Positions 20,226 through 29,644 of a stretch of DNA of 64,000 bases are shown piece after piece; position 1 is the stretch's first letter, and the number at the start of each line of letters is the position of its first letter. Under the pieces are notes generated by a model, which was given only the letters and a program-made list of their open reading frames with translations, was not told the DNA's origin and made no database searches. The position numbers and the translations under genes are program-made. The DNA is from Thermoproteota archaeon (GTDB taxonomy: Archaea; Asgardarchaeota; Njordarchaeia; Njordarchaeales; Panguiarchaeaceae), in assembly GCA_024720975.1 (NCBI GenBank), contig JANJXX010000002.1:112763-176762 (forward strand). Direction: 5' to 3'.

Positions 20226-21443
20226 TCACTCAACTTGTTGAGCACTCTGTTGTTGTCGCTCTCCTAAGTTAATGATTTTGGTCTTATTATCTTCTTTATA
20301 AGCGAGGTATTTTACTCCTGCACTTCCCAGTTTGATTAATAGATCCTCTGTTGGATGCATATCCATGATTATCACGTGAATCTTAAAATCACTACTTGAG
20401 ATCATTTCAACTGAAGACTCGAGCAGCGTTAAAGCTCCAGAGAATATCTCCTCTAAGTTCTCATCCAAAGCTACGAATCTTTTGCTACCGACGATTTTCT
20501 CTAACTTTGCATCCAAGACTTCCTCAAGATTTTCAACTCGCTCAGCCTTGTATGCTTCTTCGAAGTGTTGCTCGAGGAGGTATTCCAATCTGCTGATATC
20601 AAGAGCTAGTTTCTCGGTCGATAATTTGTAGTCCAGCGCTTTCTTTATTTCCTTAAATGACAGCTCTTCGACTTCTTTGCCTCTAGGAGCTATTGCTACA
20701 TAGTCCACGTCCGCCGTTTGAAGCAACGATTTAAGTAAAAGTATACCGGCTCTATCACCATCAACAAAGACTGTTGTCGTTTTCTTTTTCGATAAATCAA
20801 TTATTGATTCAGGAATTTCACCGGAGCCTCCTACGGCGATTGCATTATCAAAGCCGTGCTTGAGTAGGTTTAATACATCTGCACGACCCTCTACTATTAT
20901 TATTTCATCCGACTTGAGTATTCCAACACCCGCGGGGAGTTTTTCAGGACCATAGGATATAATCTTAGACTTCTTAAGATGTTCCTCAACCAATCTAGGC
21001 ACTTTCTCTGGAGGAATTTTGGTTTTTTCGAAAGTATGCCAACTTGCCAGGATCTCACTCGCACGCTCGATTATGCTTCGTCGTCGCTCCTCCAGAACAT
21101 TTTCTATGGATTCTAGTTTTGTTTCAGCTTGGGCGGGCCCGATTTTATCGACTGTTTCTATAGCAGCCGCAAGCGTTGCCGCTTCGACTTTATTTAATGA
21201 GCATGGTATAGTTATCTCAGCATATGTCTTTCCCTCTCGATGAATTATTGACACTTCGATTCGTCCTATTCGACCCATATTCAGTAAGTTTTGGGGGTCG
21301 AGGTCTGGAGGCAATATACCCTCAAGCTGTCCAAATATCGCTCCTATGATATCGTTTCTTTCCACGAAACCATTAACTGTCATCCTGAATTTCAGTACGT
21401 ATTTAGAAAAGGGAACTCTATTCGAACTTGCCATTCTTATCAC
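20226..21443 (-). CDS. dnaG: Archaeal DnaG-type primase (Toprim domain; exosome-associated DnaG)
   Basis: The Toprim region IIIVEGRADVLNLLKHGFDNAIAVGGSGE...VFVDGDRAGILL carries a conserved Glu and DxD. Length is ~400 aa. Confidence 0.8.
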   Translation of the reverse strand: MIRMASSNRVPFSKYVLKFRMTVNGFVERNDIIGAIFGQLEGILPPDLDPQNLLNMGRIGRIEVSIIHREGKTYAEITIPCSLNKVEAATLAAAIETVDKIGPAQAETKLESIENVLEERRRSIIERASEILASWHTFEKTKIPPEKVPRLVEEHLKKSKIISYGPEKLPAGVGILKSDEIIIVEGRADVLNLLKHGFDNAIAVGGSGEIPESIIDLSKKKTTTVFVDGDRAGILLLKSLLQTADVDYVAIAPRGKEVEELSFKEIKKALDYKLSTEKLALDISRLEYLLEQHFEEAYKAERVENLEEVLDAKLEKIVGSKRFVALDENLEEIFSGALTLLESSVEMISSSDFKIHVIIMDMHPTEDLLIKLGSAGVKYLAYKEDNKTKIINLGERQQQSAQQVE

Positions 21444-22365
21444 CCATCATTTCCAAAATCTTGCTCACGATTAATCGCGAAACTGAGAGTTCATCGCGCA
21501 CAAAAGGATTGCTGACTGTATCCGTTGTTGCCATTTCGTCAACACCGCTTAGTAATAACCTATTGGCGGCGTCTTCTAGGAAAAGGCCATGGGTTCCATA
21601 CACAGCAATTTTACCTTTGAAACCTTCCCCGCGCAACCATTTAGCTACATTTGCTATTGTTCCCCCTGTAGCTATTATATCATCTAGAACAATAAAGCAC
21701 TTGATATAATTAATGGCAGTCTTTATTGATTCCTGATCAATGGGGCTATGTCCTAAGATTTTGCCTGTCTTAGGATCACGACGCTTTTCGAATACGTAAT
21801 ATTCGACCCCCGCGTAATCAGATACCTTCCTAACAAAACTTTCCCGTCCGCGGTCAGGTGCAATTATAGCAACTTCATCGCGGTGGTATTTGCTTGCAAT
21901 ATAATCGGCCCATAGTCTCTCTGTTGTTACATTTAATACGCTACTTCCAAATTGTTTGAAAGCATTTTCATTATGAACATCAACGGTTATCAGCTTGCTG
22001 ACACCTAATAGGAAAAATGTCTTAACTAGTGTAGTTGCGGAAATGGCCTCACCAGGCAGGAATCTTTTATCTTGCCGTGCGTAGGGGAGGTAAGGCCAAA
22101 CTAATATTATGTCCTCAATACCAAGATCCTTAAGAGTATCTACTATCAGAATTCCACGAAATATATTGGCATTTTGTTCCGGAAAGCCTCTTAAAATGAC
22201 AGTGTAAGTTCCCTTCTCTACCTCATTACAAAATCTTATATACTCTTCGCCATCCGGAAAAGTTTTATGCTCAATGCTAATTATTTTGAAGTTATGCTGC
22301 ACAAAAGGCTCGATTTTAAATTGTTCATAAAGCGGATCTTTGACGACATACATGCGCATGTTCAT
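21418..22365 (-). CDS. prs: Ribose-phosphate pyrophosphokinase (PRPP synthetase)
   Basis: PRPP-binding loop VLDDIIATGGTIANVA and the ribose-5-P region YLPYARQDKRF. The start is set at the internal MNMRM (22365), because the track start adds a hydrophobic extension that overlaps dnaG. Confidence 0.85.
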   Translation of the reverse strand: MNMRMYVVKDPLYEQFKIEPFVQHNFKIISIEHKTFPDGEEYIRFCNEVEKGTYTVILRGFPEQNANIFRGILIVDTLKDLGIEDIILVWPYLPYARQDKRFLPGEAISATTLVKTFFLLGVSKLITVDVHNENAFKQFGSSVLNVTTERLWADYIASKYHRDEVAIIAPDRGRESFVRKVSDYAGVEYYVFEKRRDPKTGKILGHSPIDQESIKTAINYIKCFIVLDDIIATGGTIANVAKWLRGEGFKGKIAVYGTHGLFLEDAANRLLLSGVDEMATTDTVSNPFVRDELSVSRLIVSKILEMMGDKNGKFE

Positions 22366-22488
22366 CACCGTAATACTAAACTTATTAATTGGCAGTGAGT
22401 GTTGACTAATGCTTATGAAACACAATGTAGTGATACTATACACAATTATGATACTTGATAGGCTATTTGCCAGCTACCTATACGAAAT

Positions 22489-25400
22489 ATGGTGCAAAAA
22501 TTGGATGAAAAAGCCATTAAACTCCAAATACCACCTAATCTAAAATATCCTGAGAGCTATAAACCATACTTTGAGGAACTCATAGAAAAAACACAAGATG
22601 CGTATAGAGTAGCATTAGAAGCTAGAAGCAAAGGTTATGACCCGCATACTAGACCTGAAATATCACTAGCCTTTGACCTAGCATCGAGAGTAGAAGCGTT
22701 AGTGGGACCAAAGGGTATAAGCGAACGGATAAGAGAGCTTCAAATGTCTGGTAAAGAGCTTGAGGAAATAGCGATTATAATAGCCAGCGAAATAGCCTCT
22801 GGTGCTTGGGAGTTACCAGAAAAAAACCCTGAAGCCGTCGCTGAGCAAGCATTGAGAACTTCACTTGCTATTGTCACTAATGGCGTTGTAGCAGCGCCTT
22901 TAGAAGGAATAGTCGCGGTTAAAATACGACCCGAAAATCACATGGCAGTATTCTATGCTGGACCCATACGATCAGCAGGTGGGACCGAAACCGCAATGAG
23001 TGTTCTACTGGCAGACATTATTAGAAGAACACTAGGGCTATCAAAATATAAAGCAACACAAGAAGAAATCGAGAGAATGGTTGAGGAAATATTTCTCTAT
23101 GACAGATATAGCAACCTGCAGCACCCTCCAAATCGAGAGGAAATTGTCTTTACCATGCAAAATATTCCCATAGAAGTCAATGGTGAAGGGATCGACAAAG
23201 AGGTCCAGATGTATCGTAAAGTGAGATATGTAGATACACCAAAAATACGCGGAGGCGCGGTTCTAGTTATAAATGATGGACTAATAGCAAAAGCGAAAAA
23301 ATTACTCAAGATCATTAGAAAATTTAATATAGATGGTTGGAATTGGTTGGAAGATCTTACAAAAACGAGTGACTCCAAGAACAGTAATGAAGAAACTAAA
23401 CAATCAGAAAATAGCAAAAGTGCTGCAGACAAGAGATTCAGAGTAGAACCAAATTACGCATACATGAATGAAATCGTCATAGGCCGGCCAATATTTGCTT
23501 CTCCTATGAAGCACGGTGGATTCAGATTAAGGTACGGAAGATCAAGAAATACCGGTTTAGCTGCAGTAGGTGTACATCCGGCTACGATGTACATTCTTGA
23601 AGAGTTCTTAGCCATATGCACGCAAATAAAGCCAGAAAGGCCAGGAAAAGGCGCTATAGTCACTCCAGTTGATTGCATAGAGCCACCGGTCGTGTTACTT
23701 AAAGATGGCTCAGTCATTAAAGTTGAAACCATCGAGGAAGCACAAAAAATACGTGAATACATCGAAAAGATATTGTTCTTAGGAGATATGCTCATAGGGA
23801 TCGGAGAGTTCCTGGAAAATAATCACGTGATTCTGCCTTCGCCTATCGTTGATGATTGGTGGGAGAAAGAGCTATTAGAAAGACTTTCACAAATAAACGA
23901 AAGCGCAAAATTTTTAGAGTACAAGGAGAAATCTTTGAAGGATCCTGAATTCATGGCCAAACTATCAGAAAAATTAGCTATTCCATGGCATCCTCGTTAC
24001 ACCTACTTCTGGAAAAATATATCAAAGGATGAATTAATTTACCTAGCCGAAAGAATTGCGAATTCACCAACTACTACAATTAACTTTGACGCATTGCTAA
24101 AAAAGATTCTAGAAAAACTTCTAGTAGAGCACAAGATTATTAATGGCAGCATCGTAATTAAGCCTGAGGATTTTGCTGCTCTTAAGATAATAGCCGATAA
24201 GGTGCTCGATAACAAAGAAAAAATTAAACTAACATATATCAATGCGCTAGAGGTGTTGCAAGAAATAGGACTTAAGATCTACGATAAGTACACCATTTTC
24301 ATTGGAGCTCGGATGGGAAGACCCGAAAAGGCAAAGCGACGAGAAATGAAACCACTTGTGCATGTACTATTTCCTATCGGAGAGGCGGGAAAAACCACAC
24401 GATCAGCGATACAAGCTATGGACAAAGAAAAGGTTTTCGAAATCGAAGCAAGTAGTATGTTCTGCAAAAAGTGCCGAAAGTTAACGTTTTATCCATTTTG
24501 CCCATCTTGCAAATCACGTACAGTTCCTGTATTTGTATGCACAAACTGCAAACAAATATTCACGCAACCCACTAAAAAATGCACGAAATGCAACAATCGA
24601 GTCTTGCCGTACACCAGATTCCAGGTAGATTTTAAGCAATTGCTAGCTGAGATTGAAGGGATACATGGAATAAAACCACCAAAAGATCTTAGATGTGTGA
24701 TAGGCCTTATATCCAAAAGAAAAATGCCAGAATACTTAGCAAAAGGCATACTAAGAGCGAAGTATGATCTATCAGTTTTCCGAGACGGAACTATACGGTT
24801 TGATGCCACAGACGCTCCGTTAACACACTTTAAGCCGGTAGAAATTGGGGTTTCTGTAGAAAAATTAAGAGAATTAGGATATACTCATGACATATACGGA
24901 AAGCCTCTAGAAGACTGTAACCAGATCCTGGAGTTGAAAGTTCAAGACATCATAATAAGCGAAACTGCTGCTGACTATCTCGTCAGAGTAGCACAATTCG
25001 TTGACGAACTTCTGGTAAAAGTCTATGGTCTCAAACCCTACTATAATGCTAAGGATAGATACAGCCTGCTGGGGCACCTAGTTATTGGTCTCGCACCCCA
25101 TACATCGGCGGGAATATTGGGCCGTATTGTAGGATTTACGAAAGCAAAATGCATCTTTGCCCATCCATATTGGCATGCAGCTAAAAGAAGAAACTGCGAC
25201 GGTGATGAGGACTCAATAATGCTTCTACTCGATGCTCTTATTAACTTCTCGAAGGAGTACCTACCGAAAAGCCGGGGCGGAAAGATGGACGCTCCTCTCA
25301 TAGTGACAGTAATATTAAACCCCTTGGAGGTTGATTCCGAAGTTTACAATCTGGACACAATGAGAGAAATACCGCTCGAATTTTATAGAAAATCACTTAA

Positions 25401-26037
25401 TTATCCCGAGCCCTCTGAAATTGAAAGCATCATAAACAATGTTGAGAAGAGATTAAACACACCAGAGCAGTATGTAAATCTTCATTTTTCAGTAGATACC
25501 TCCCAGATAGATCTAGGACCTATAACCACCGCCTATTCTAGAACTAGAAGCATATTAGATAAGCTTACAAAGCAAATAAATCTAATGAAGAAAATCGCCG
25601 CCGTAGATTATGCAGATTCCGTCGGAAGGATTCTAGACGGTCACATCCTCAGGGATATTTTTGGTAACTTAAGGTCGTTTGGTACACAAACATTCAAGTG
25701 CACGAAATGCAGAAGGACTTACAGAAGAATGCCCATAACTGGCAAATGTCCCTCATGTGGAAATACTCTTCAGCTATCAGTATATATAAACATGATTCTG
25801 AAGTTCTTTAATACAGCTAACGAGATAGTCGACAACATGAGTGAAGAAGATTATAGATCGCAACAATTTAGCAGATTCCTAGCAACGGATTATAGAGTTT
25901 TACGCCCAGCTATAAAAGATTTGGCTGAGACATTAGCAAGTAATGATCTTGAAAACAATAATATTAGAAGGAACAAAAACGAAAATACTGCAGTAGTAAG
26001 GAAAATAAAGGTGAATCTATCAGACTTTTTCAGCTGA
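22489..26037 (+). CDS. polC: DNA polymerase D (PolD) large catalytic subunit DP2
   Basis: Length 1182 aa with the catalytic double-psi-barrel motif NCDGDEDSIMLL and zinc-binding Cys clusters (CKKCRK...CPSCK, CTNCKQ...CTKCN, CTKCRR...CPSCG). No intein. Confidence 0.9.
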   Translation: MVQKLDEKAIKLQIPPNLKYPESYKPYFEELIEKTQDAYRVALEARSKGYDPHTRPEISLAFDLASRVEALVGPKGISERIRELQMSGKELEEIAIIIASEIASGAWELPEKNPEAVAEQALRTSLAIVTNGVVAAPLEGIVAVKIRPENHMAVFYAGPIRSAGGTETAMSVLLADIIRRTLGLSKYKATQEEIERMVEEIFLYDRYSNLQHPPNREEIVFTMQNIPIEVNGEGIDKEVQMYRKVRYVDTPKIRGGAVLVINDGLIAKAKKLLKIIRKFNIDGWNWLEDLTKTSDSKNSNEETKQSENSKSAADKRFRVEPNYAYMNEIVIGRPIFASPMKHGGFRLRYGRSRNTGLAAVGVHPATMYILEEFLAICTQIKPERPGKGAIVTPVDCIEPPVVLLKDGSVIKVETIEEAQKIREYIEKILFLGDMLIGIGEFLENNHVILPSPIVDDWWEKELLERLSQINESAKFLEYKEKSLKDPEFMAKLSEKLAIPWHPRYTYFWKNISKDELIYLAERIANSPTTTINFDALLKKILEKLLVEHKIINGSIVIKPEDFAALKIIADKVLDNKEKIKLTYINALEVLQEIGLKIYDKYTIFIGARMGRPEKAKRREMKPLVHVLFPIGEAGKTTRSAIQAMDKEKVFEIEASSMFCKKCRKLTFYPFCPSCKSRTVPVFVCTNCKQIFTQPTKKCTKCNNRVLPYTRFQVDFKQLLAEIEGIHGIKPPKDLRCVIGLISKRKMPEYLAKGILRAKYDLSVFRDGTIRFDATDAPLTHFKPVEIGVSVEKLRELGYTHDIYGKPLEDCNQILELKVQDIIISETAADYLVRVAQFVDELLVKVYGLKPYYNAKDRYSLLGHLVIGLAPHTSAGILGRIVGFTKAKCIFAHPYWHAAKRRNCDGDEDSIMLLLDALINFSKEYLPKSRGGKMDAPLIVTVILNPLEVDSEVYNLDTMREIPLEFYRKSLNYPEPSEIESIINNVEKRLNTPEQYVNLHFSVDTSQIDLGPITTAYSRTRSILDKLTKQINLMKKIAAVDYADSVGRILDGHILRDIFGNLRSFGTQTFKCTKCRRTYRRMPITGKCPSCGNTLQLSVYINMILKFFNTANEIVDNMSEEDYRSQQFSRFLATDYRVLRPAIKDLAETLASNDLENNNIRRNKNENTAVVRKIKVNLSDFFS

Positions 26038-26109
26038 CTTTGAAAGCTGCTTCATTATTTTGCCATCGATCTGGTTTTTAACTAATTAGAAAAATAATGA
26101 AGTTGTTGT

Positions 26110-27099
26110 CTATTTCATGCCCGCGAGTTTAAGAAGATATTCCCAATCCCTGTCGACTTTTCTTTGAATTTCACTTATTATGTCATCTCTTCTAGTAGGT
26201 GTGAATAGATGACTAAAGCGTCCTTGTAACTTTAAGTACTCCTCCACAGGAACCTTTTTCTCCGGGTTTCGAGCGATTTCAAGAGATTTATCTGTTATCC
26301 TGTACTCCTTATTCTCAGGATCAAATTCCCAGAGCGGATGAAGGCATGTTTCCGTCGCTAACCTTGAGACGGTCATTGTTATTTTTGAACTATGATACCA
26401 ACCCCTTGGACAAATTGATATCGCATGAATAAACGCGGGGCCATTATACTCAGCAGCGACTCTGACCTTCTTAACGAAGTCGATCCAGAAGTATGGATTT
26501 GCTGTTGCAACGTACGCATTGCCGTGTGCAGCGATTATAAATCCGATTGGTTTTTTCCACTCCAATTTTCCAGGAATCACTACTCCTGCGGGGGTTGTAG
26601 TAGTCTGAGCAAACTGCGGCGTTGAGGAACATCTCTGAATTCCAGTGTTCATGTATGCTTCATTATCATACAGAATGTAAACGAATTTGTGACCTCGCTC
26701 GACCGCACCACTTAGTGATTGTAGGCCGATATCATAAGTCCCACCATCACCACCAAAAACTAGGACTATAGGCAGATCATCTTTCCATACTGCCTTGGCT
26801 TTCAGAGCCTTGAATGCAGCTTCGATGCCCGAGGCAGTGGCAGCAGCATTTTCAAATGCATTGTGTATCCATGGTCGCTTCCAGGAGGTATATGGGTATA
26901 TCGTACTTGCTACTTCAAGGCAGCCAGTAGCATTCACGATGACTACATTTTCAGGATTAGGTAATGCTTTTAATGCTAACTTTACTATTACTGGAGCGGC
27001 ACAACCTGCACACATTCTATGACCTGAGATGAAGTAGTCAGGTTTCTTAGCGAGTTCTATCGGTATCGGAGTCCACTTTAAATCTTTCACTCCTACCAT
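26110..27099 (-). CDS. porB: 2-oxoacid:ferredoxin oxidoreductase beta subunit (TPP-binding)
   Basis: GCAAPV, TGC and the GDGGTYDIG thiamine-diphosphate motif. Confidence 0.85.
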   Translation of the reverse strand: MVGVKDLKWTPIPIELAKKPDYFISGHRMCAGCAAPVIVKLALKALPNPENVVIVNATGCLEVASTIYPYTSWKRPWIHNAFENAAATASGIEAAFKALKAKAVWKDDLPIVLVFGGDGGTYDIGLQSLSGAVERGHKFVYILYDNEAYMNTGIQRCSSTPQFAQTTTTPAGVVIPGKLEWKKPIGFIIAAHGNAYVATANPYFWIDFVKKVRVAAEYNGPAFIHAISICPRGWYHSSKITMTVSRLATETCLHPLWEFDPENKEYRITDKSLEIARNPEKKVPVEEYLKLQGRFSHLFTPTRRDDIISEIQRKVDRDWEYLLKLAGMK

Positions 27100-27112
27100 C
27101 TTACACCACCAT

Positions 27113-28360
27113 TCATTCTCTGACTCCGATGTATTTTTTAATGAACGGTTTCTCCTTACCTTCTTTTATTCGGATTAGTTCCTCAAAGGTTTTCTCAGCA
27201 AGCTCAGGTGTTAAGTCTCTTCCACCAAGACCGAATATATATGTGACTGTATTCTTAGGTCTATTTTTCGAATAGTACAAAGCTGATAGGACCTCAAGAG
27301 ACAAGGGGCCCACCATAGCACCTGCATCTTGGGCTCTATCAAACACAGCAACGACTTCTTTATTCTCAAGTAACTTTTGAACCTCTTCCCACGGAAATGG
27401 TCTAAACATGCGCACTTTGAGTATACCTATCTTAGTCCCCCTCTCTCTATACTTTCGAGCAACCCATCTTAGCGTTCCTGCAGCGCTACCCATAACAACT
27501 GCAACTATATCAGCATCATCTACATTCCAGGGAACTAAACGACCATTTCCATATAGTCTTCCGCTTAACTCGTAATACTCTTTGTTGACTCTTTCGACGA
27601 TCTCTGGGACTGCTTTCATCGCTTCAATTTGTTGTCTCTTAAACTCAAAGTAGTAGTCATAATAGCAGAATGGCCCGAAGGTTAAGGGTATCTTATTCCT
27701 AGGATTTAATGACAGTTCTACCTCCTCACCCATAAGCTTTATTCTGGCCACAGGTCTTACTTCTCCCACGAAATCTTTAACAATTTTAGGATTTCCAAAG
27801 ACTTTAAGATTCATCGCCGTATGCGATACTAAGAAGCCATCCAGACATACCATTGTTGGAAGGAGGACGTCAGGGTTCTCGGAAATTTTAAAAGCTTGAA
27901 TTGTTGTGTCGTAGGCTTCTTGCGCGTCCTCAGTAAAAAGCATTATCCAGCCAGCATCGCGCTGACCCATGGCATCAGTATGATCACAGTGTATGTTAAT
28001 TGGTCCAGAAACAGCTCTATTAGCGACAGCCATCATAACAGGAAGTCTCATAGATGAAACTATGTAGAGAATTTCGTGCATGAGTTGAAGTCCATTGGCC
28101 GCTGTAGCAGTCGCCGTTCTCGCACCCGCAGCTGCTGCACCAACCATTGCAGAGATTGCGCTATGCTCGCTCTCAACATTTATAAACTGCGTTCTAACTT
28201 CGCCATTTGCAACAAACTCTGCAAATTTCTCCACAATAAGTGTCTGGGGAGTTATAGGAAATGCCGCTACAACGTCCGGCTCTACATGCTTCCAGGCCCA
28301 TGCAACTGCAAAATCTCCGTTCAAGAGCATCTCTACTTGTTCTTCAACCATGAATATCAC
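27113..28360 (-). CDS. porA: 2-oxoacid:ferredoxin oxidoreductase alpha subunit
   Basis: Typical alpha-subunit N-terminus (NGDFAVAWAWKHVEPDVVAAFPITPQT) and a 415-aa length. Part of an operon with the delta, gamma and beta subunits. Confidence 0.85.
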   Translation of the reverse strand: MIFMVEEQVEMLLNGDFAVAWAWKHVEPDVVAAFPITPQTLIVEKFAEFVANGEVRTQFINVESEHSAISAMVGAAAAGARTATATAANGLQLMHEILYIVSSMRLPVMMAVANRAVSGPINIHCDHTDAMGQRDAGWIMLFTEDAQEAYDTTIQAFKISENPDVLLPTMVCLDGFLVSHTAMNLKVFGNPKIVKDFVGEVRPVARIKLMGEEVELSLNPRNKIPLTFGPFCYYDYYFEFKRQQIEAMKAVPEIVERVNKEYYELSGRLYGNGRLVPWNVDDADIVAVVMGSAAGTLRWVARKYRERGTKIGILKVRMFRPFPWEEVQKLLENKEVVAVFDRAQDAGAMVGPLSLEVLSALYYSKNRPKNTVTYIFGLGGRDLTPELAEKTFEELIRIKEGKEKPFIKKYIGVRE

Positions 28361-28659
28361 CTTTTCTCAAGCTCCATATTTATTGCTTTTACCGGACAAA
28401 CTTCAGCACAAATGCCACATCCTTTGCAAAATTCATAATCAACCTCAACCTTTTCAGGCCTGGAACCATCAGACGTCCAGTTGATTTTTATTGACATCTC
28501 AGGACAATATATGTAGCAGAATAGACACTTTACGCACTTATTATGATTGATAATTGGTCTCTCACTGCGCCAATCTCCTGTCTTGTACTCTGTAGAGAAC
28601 TTCCAGGGTATGCCAGCAATTGGAATCTCATGCCACTTTTTAAGCTCCCCACCACTCAC
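28357..28659 (-). CDS. porD: 2-oxoacid:ferredoxin oxidoreductase delta subunit (2x[4Fe-4S] ferredoxin)
   Basis: Two CxxCxxCxxxCP motifs: CVKCLFCYIYCP and CKGCGICAEVCP. Confidence 0.85.
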   Translation of the reverse strand: MSGGELKKWHEIPIAGIPWKFSTEYKTGDWRSERPIINHNKCVKCLFCYIYCPEMSIKINWTSDGSRPEKVEVDYEFCKGCGICAEVCPVKAINMELEKR

Positions 28660-29255
28660 TCTCCTCTCACCTCTTTATATGCCCTTTCAACAGCATCGAT
28701 ATTACCCTTTACAATAGCCTCAGAATACCTACCACCTAAGACTTCTCTGACAGCATAGATTAAATCATTGAGAGATAAATACTTCACTCCTAGCTCCTCA
28801 AGAACTTTGATAACACTTCCTAGTATCGCCGTGTTCGCTATGGGTCTTTTTAGAGTTTCTAAGGCTATTCTGGTCCCATCCACGGTATAGATCTTAACGC
28901 TTTCCGGAATCCCAAGCTTTTTCTTGAGTTCGGCTGGACTTTCGGAAGTATTAATCACAATAGCACCCTTATCCCTAATGAAATCCTTTGCCATATGCGA
29001 TAAAGTACCATCAACTACTGCAACAATCTCAGCCTGCGTTATTCCAGCGTGAATTTCAATCGGTTTATCGTGAATTCGAGCGTAAGCTTTCACGGGCGCA
29101 CCCGAGCGCTCTGGGCCAAATTCTGGAAATGACTGCGCATACTTTCCAGCGCGCAAAGCCGCTTGAGCGATCAGTATACTACTTGTCCACGCACCCTGTC
29201 CACCACGGGCTAGAAATACGATCTCAAATGGCTTATCTTCCTGCATTTTGTACAA
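28656..29255 (-). CDS. porG: 2-oxoacid:ferredoxin oxidoreductase gamma subunit
   Basis: About 200 aa, with FLARGGQGAWTSSILIAQAAL matching the gamma-subunit signature. First gene of the G-D-A-B order. Confidence 0.85.
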   Translation of the reverse strand: MYKMQEDKPFEIVFLARGGQGAWTSSILIAQAALRAGKYAQSFPEFGPERSGAPVKAYARIHDKPIEIHAGITQAEIVAVVDGTLSHMAKDFIRDKGAIVINTSESPAELKKKLGIPESVKIYTVDGTRIALETLKRPIANTAILGSVIKVLEELGVKYLSLNDLIYAVREVLGGRYSEAIVKGNIDAVERAYKEVRGE

Positions 29256-29486
29256 ACCTTTAGAACGTTCCAGTGAACTAAGAAAAAATTCGACTATTAT
29301 TATCTAACAATATATAAAAGCCGCCTCAATGAGGGCCCATTAACCTTGCTTAGTATGTCAAGCATATTAAAGATTAGTGGCTTCTAACATTGCAAATGCG
29401 TCTAGGCATTTGGGGCTAAGAGGCTTGGCCTATCAACCGAAGAGAAGATACTATGCAGAACCGTTTGGTAATATTAATCTGAGAGA

Positions 29487-29569
29487 TGCGGGGGGCGGGA
29501 TTCGAACCCGCGTAGGCATTCGCCACAGGGTCCTCAACCCTGCCCGTTTGACCACTCCGGAACCCCCGC
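29487..29569 (-). tRNA. tRNA-Leu (anticodon GAG), class II with a long variable arm
   Basis: The reverse strand reads GCGGGGGTTCCGGAGTGGTCAAACGGGCAGGGTTGAGGACCCTGTGGCGAATGCCTACGCGGGTTCGAATCCCGCCCCCCGCA. It has a 7-bp acceptor stem, an anticodon loop TTGAGGA, a variable-arm hairpin GGC-GAAT-GCC, a T-arm GCGGG-TTCGAAT-CCCGC and discriminator A. No CCA is encoded. Confidence 0.85.
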
Positions 29570-29644
29570 ATGTCGTTAAAAGCTTGAGTAAGATTTATAT
29601 CAAACCCAAGCTTAAATTTATGAAAGCATTAGTTATTTAAAATA

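Noticed and set aside
29377-29640. 87-aa ORF on the plus strand
   Set aside because: It lies entirely over the tRNA-Leu gene on the opposite strand and its promoter spacer. The GC-rich tRNA sequence creates an accidental open frame.
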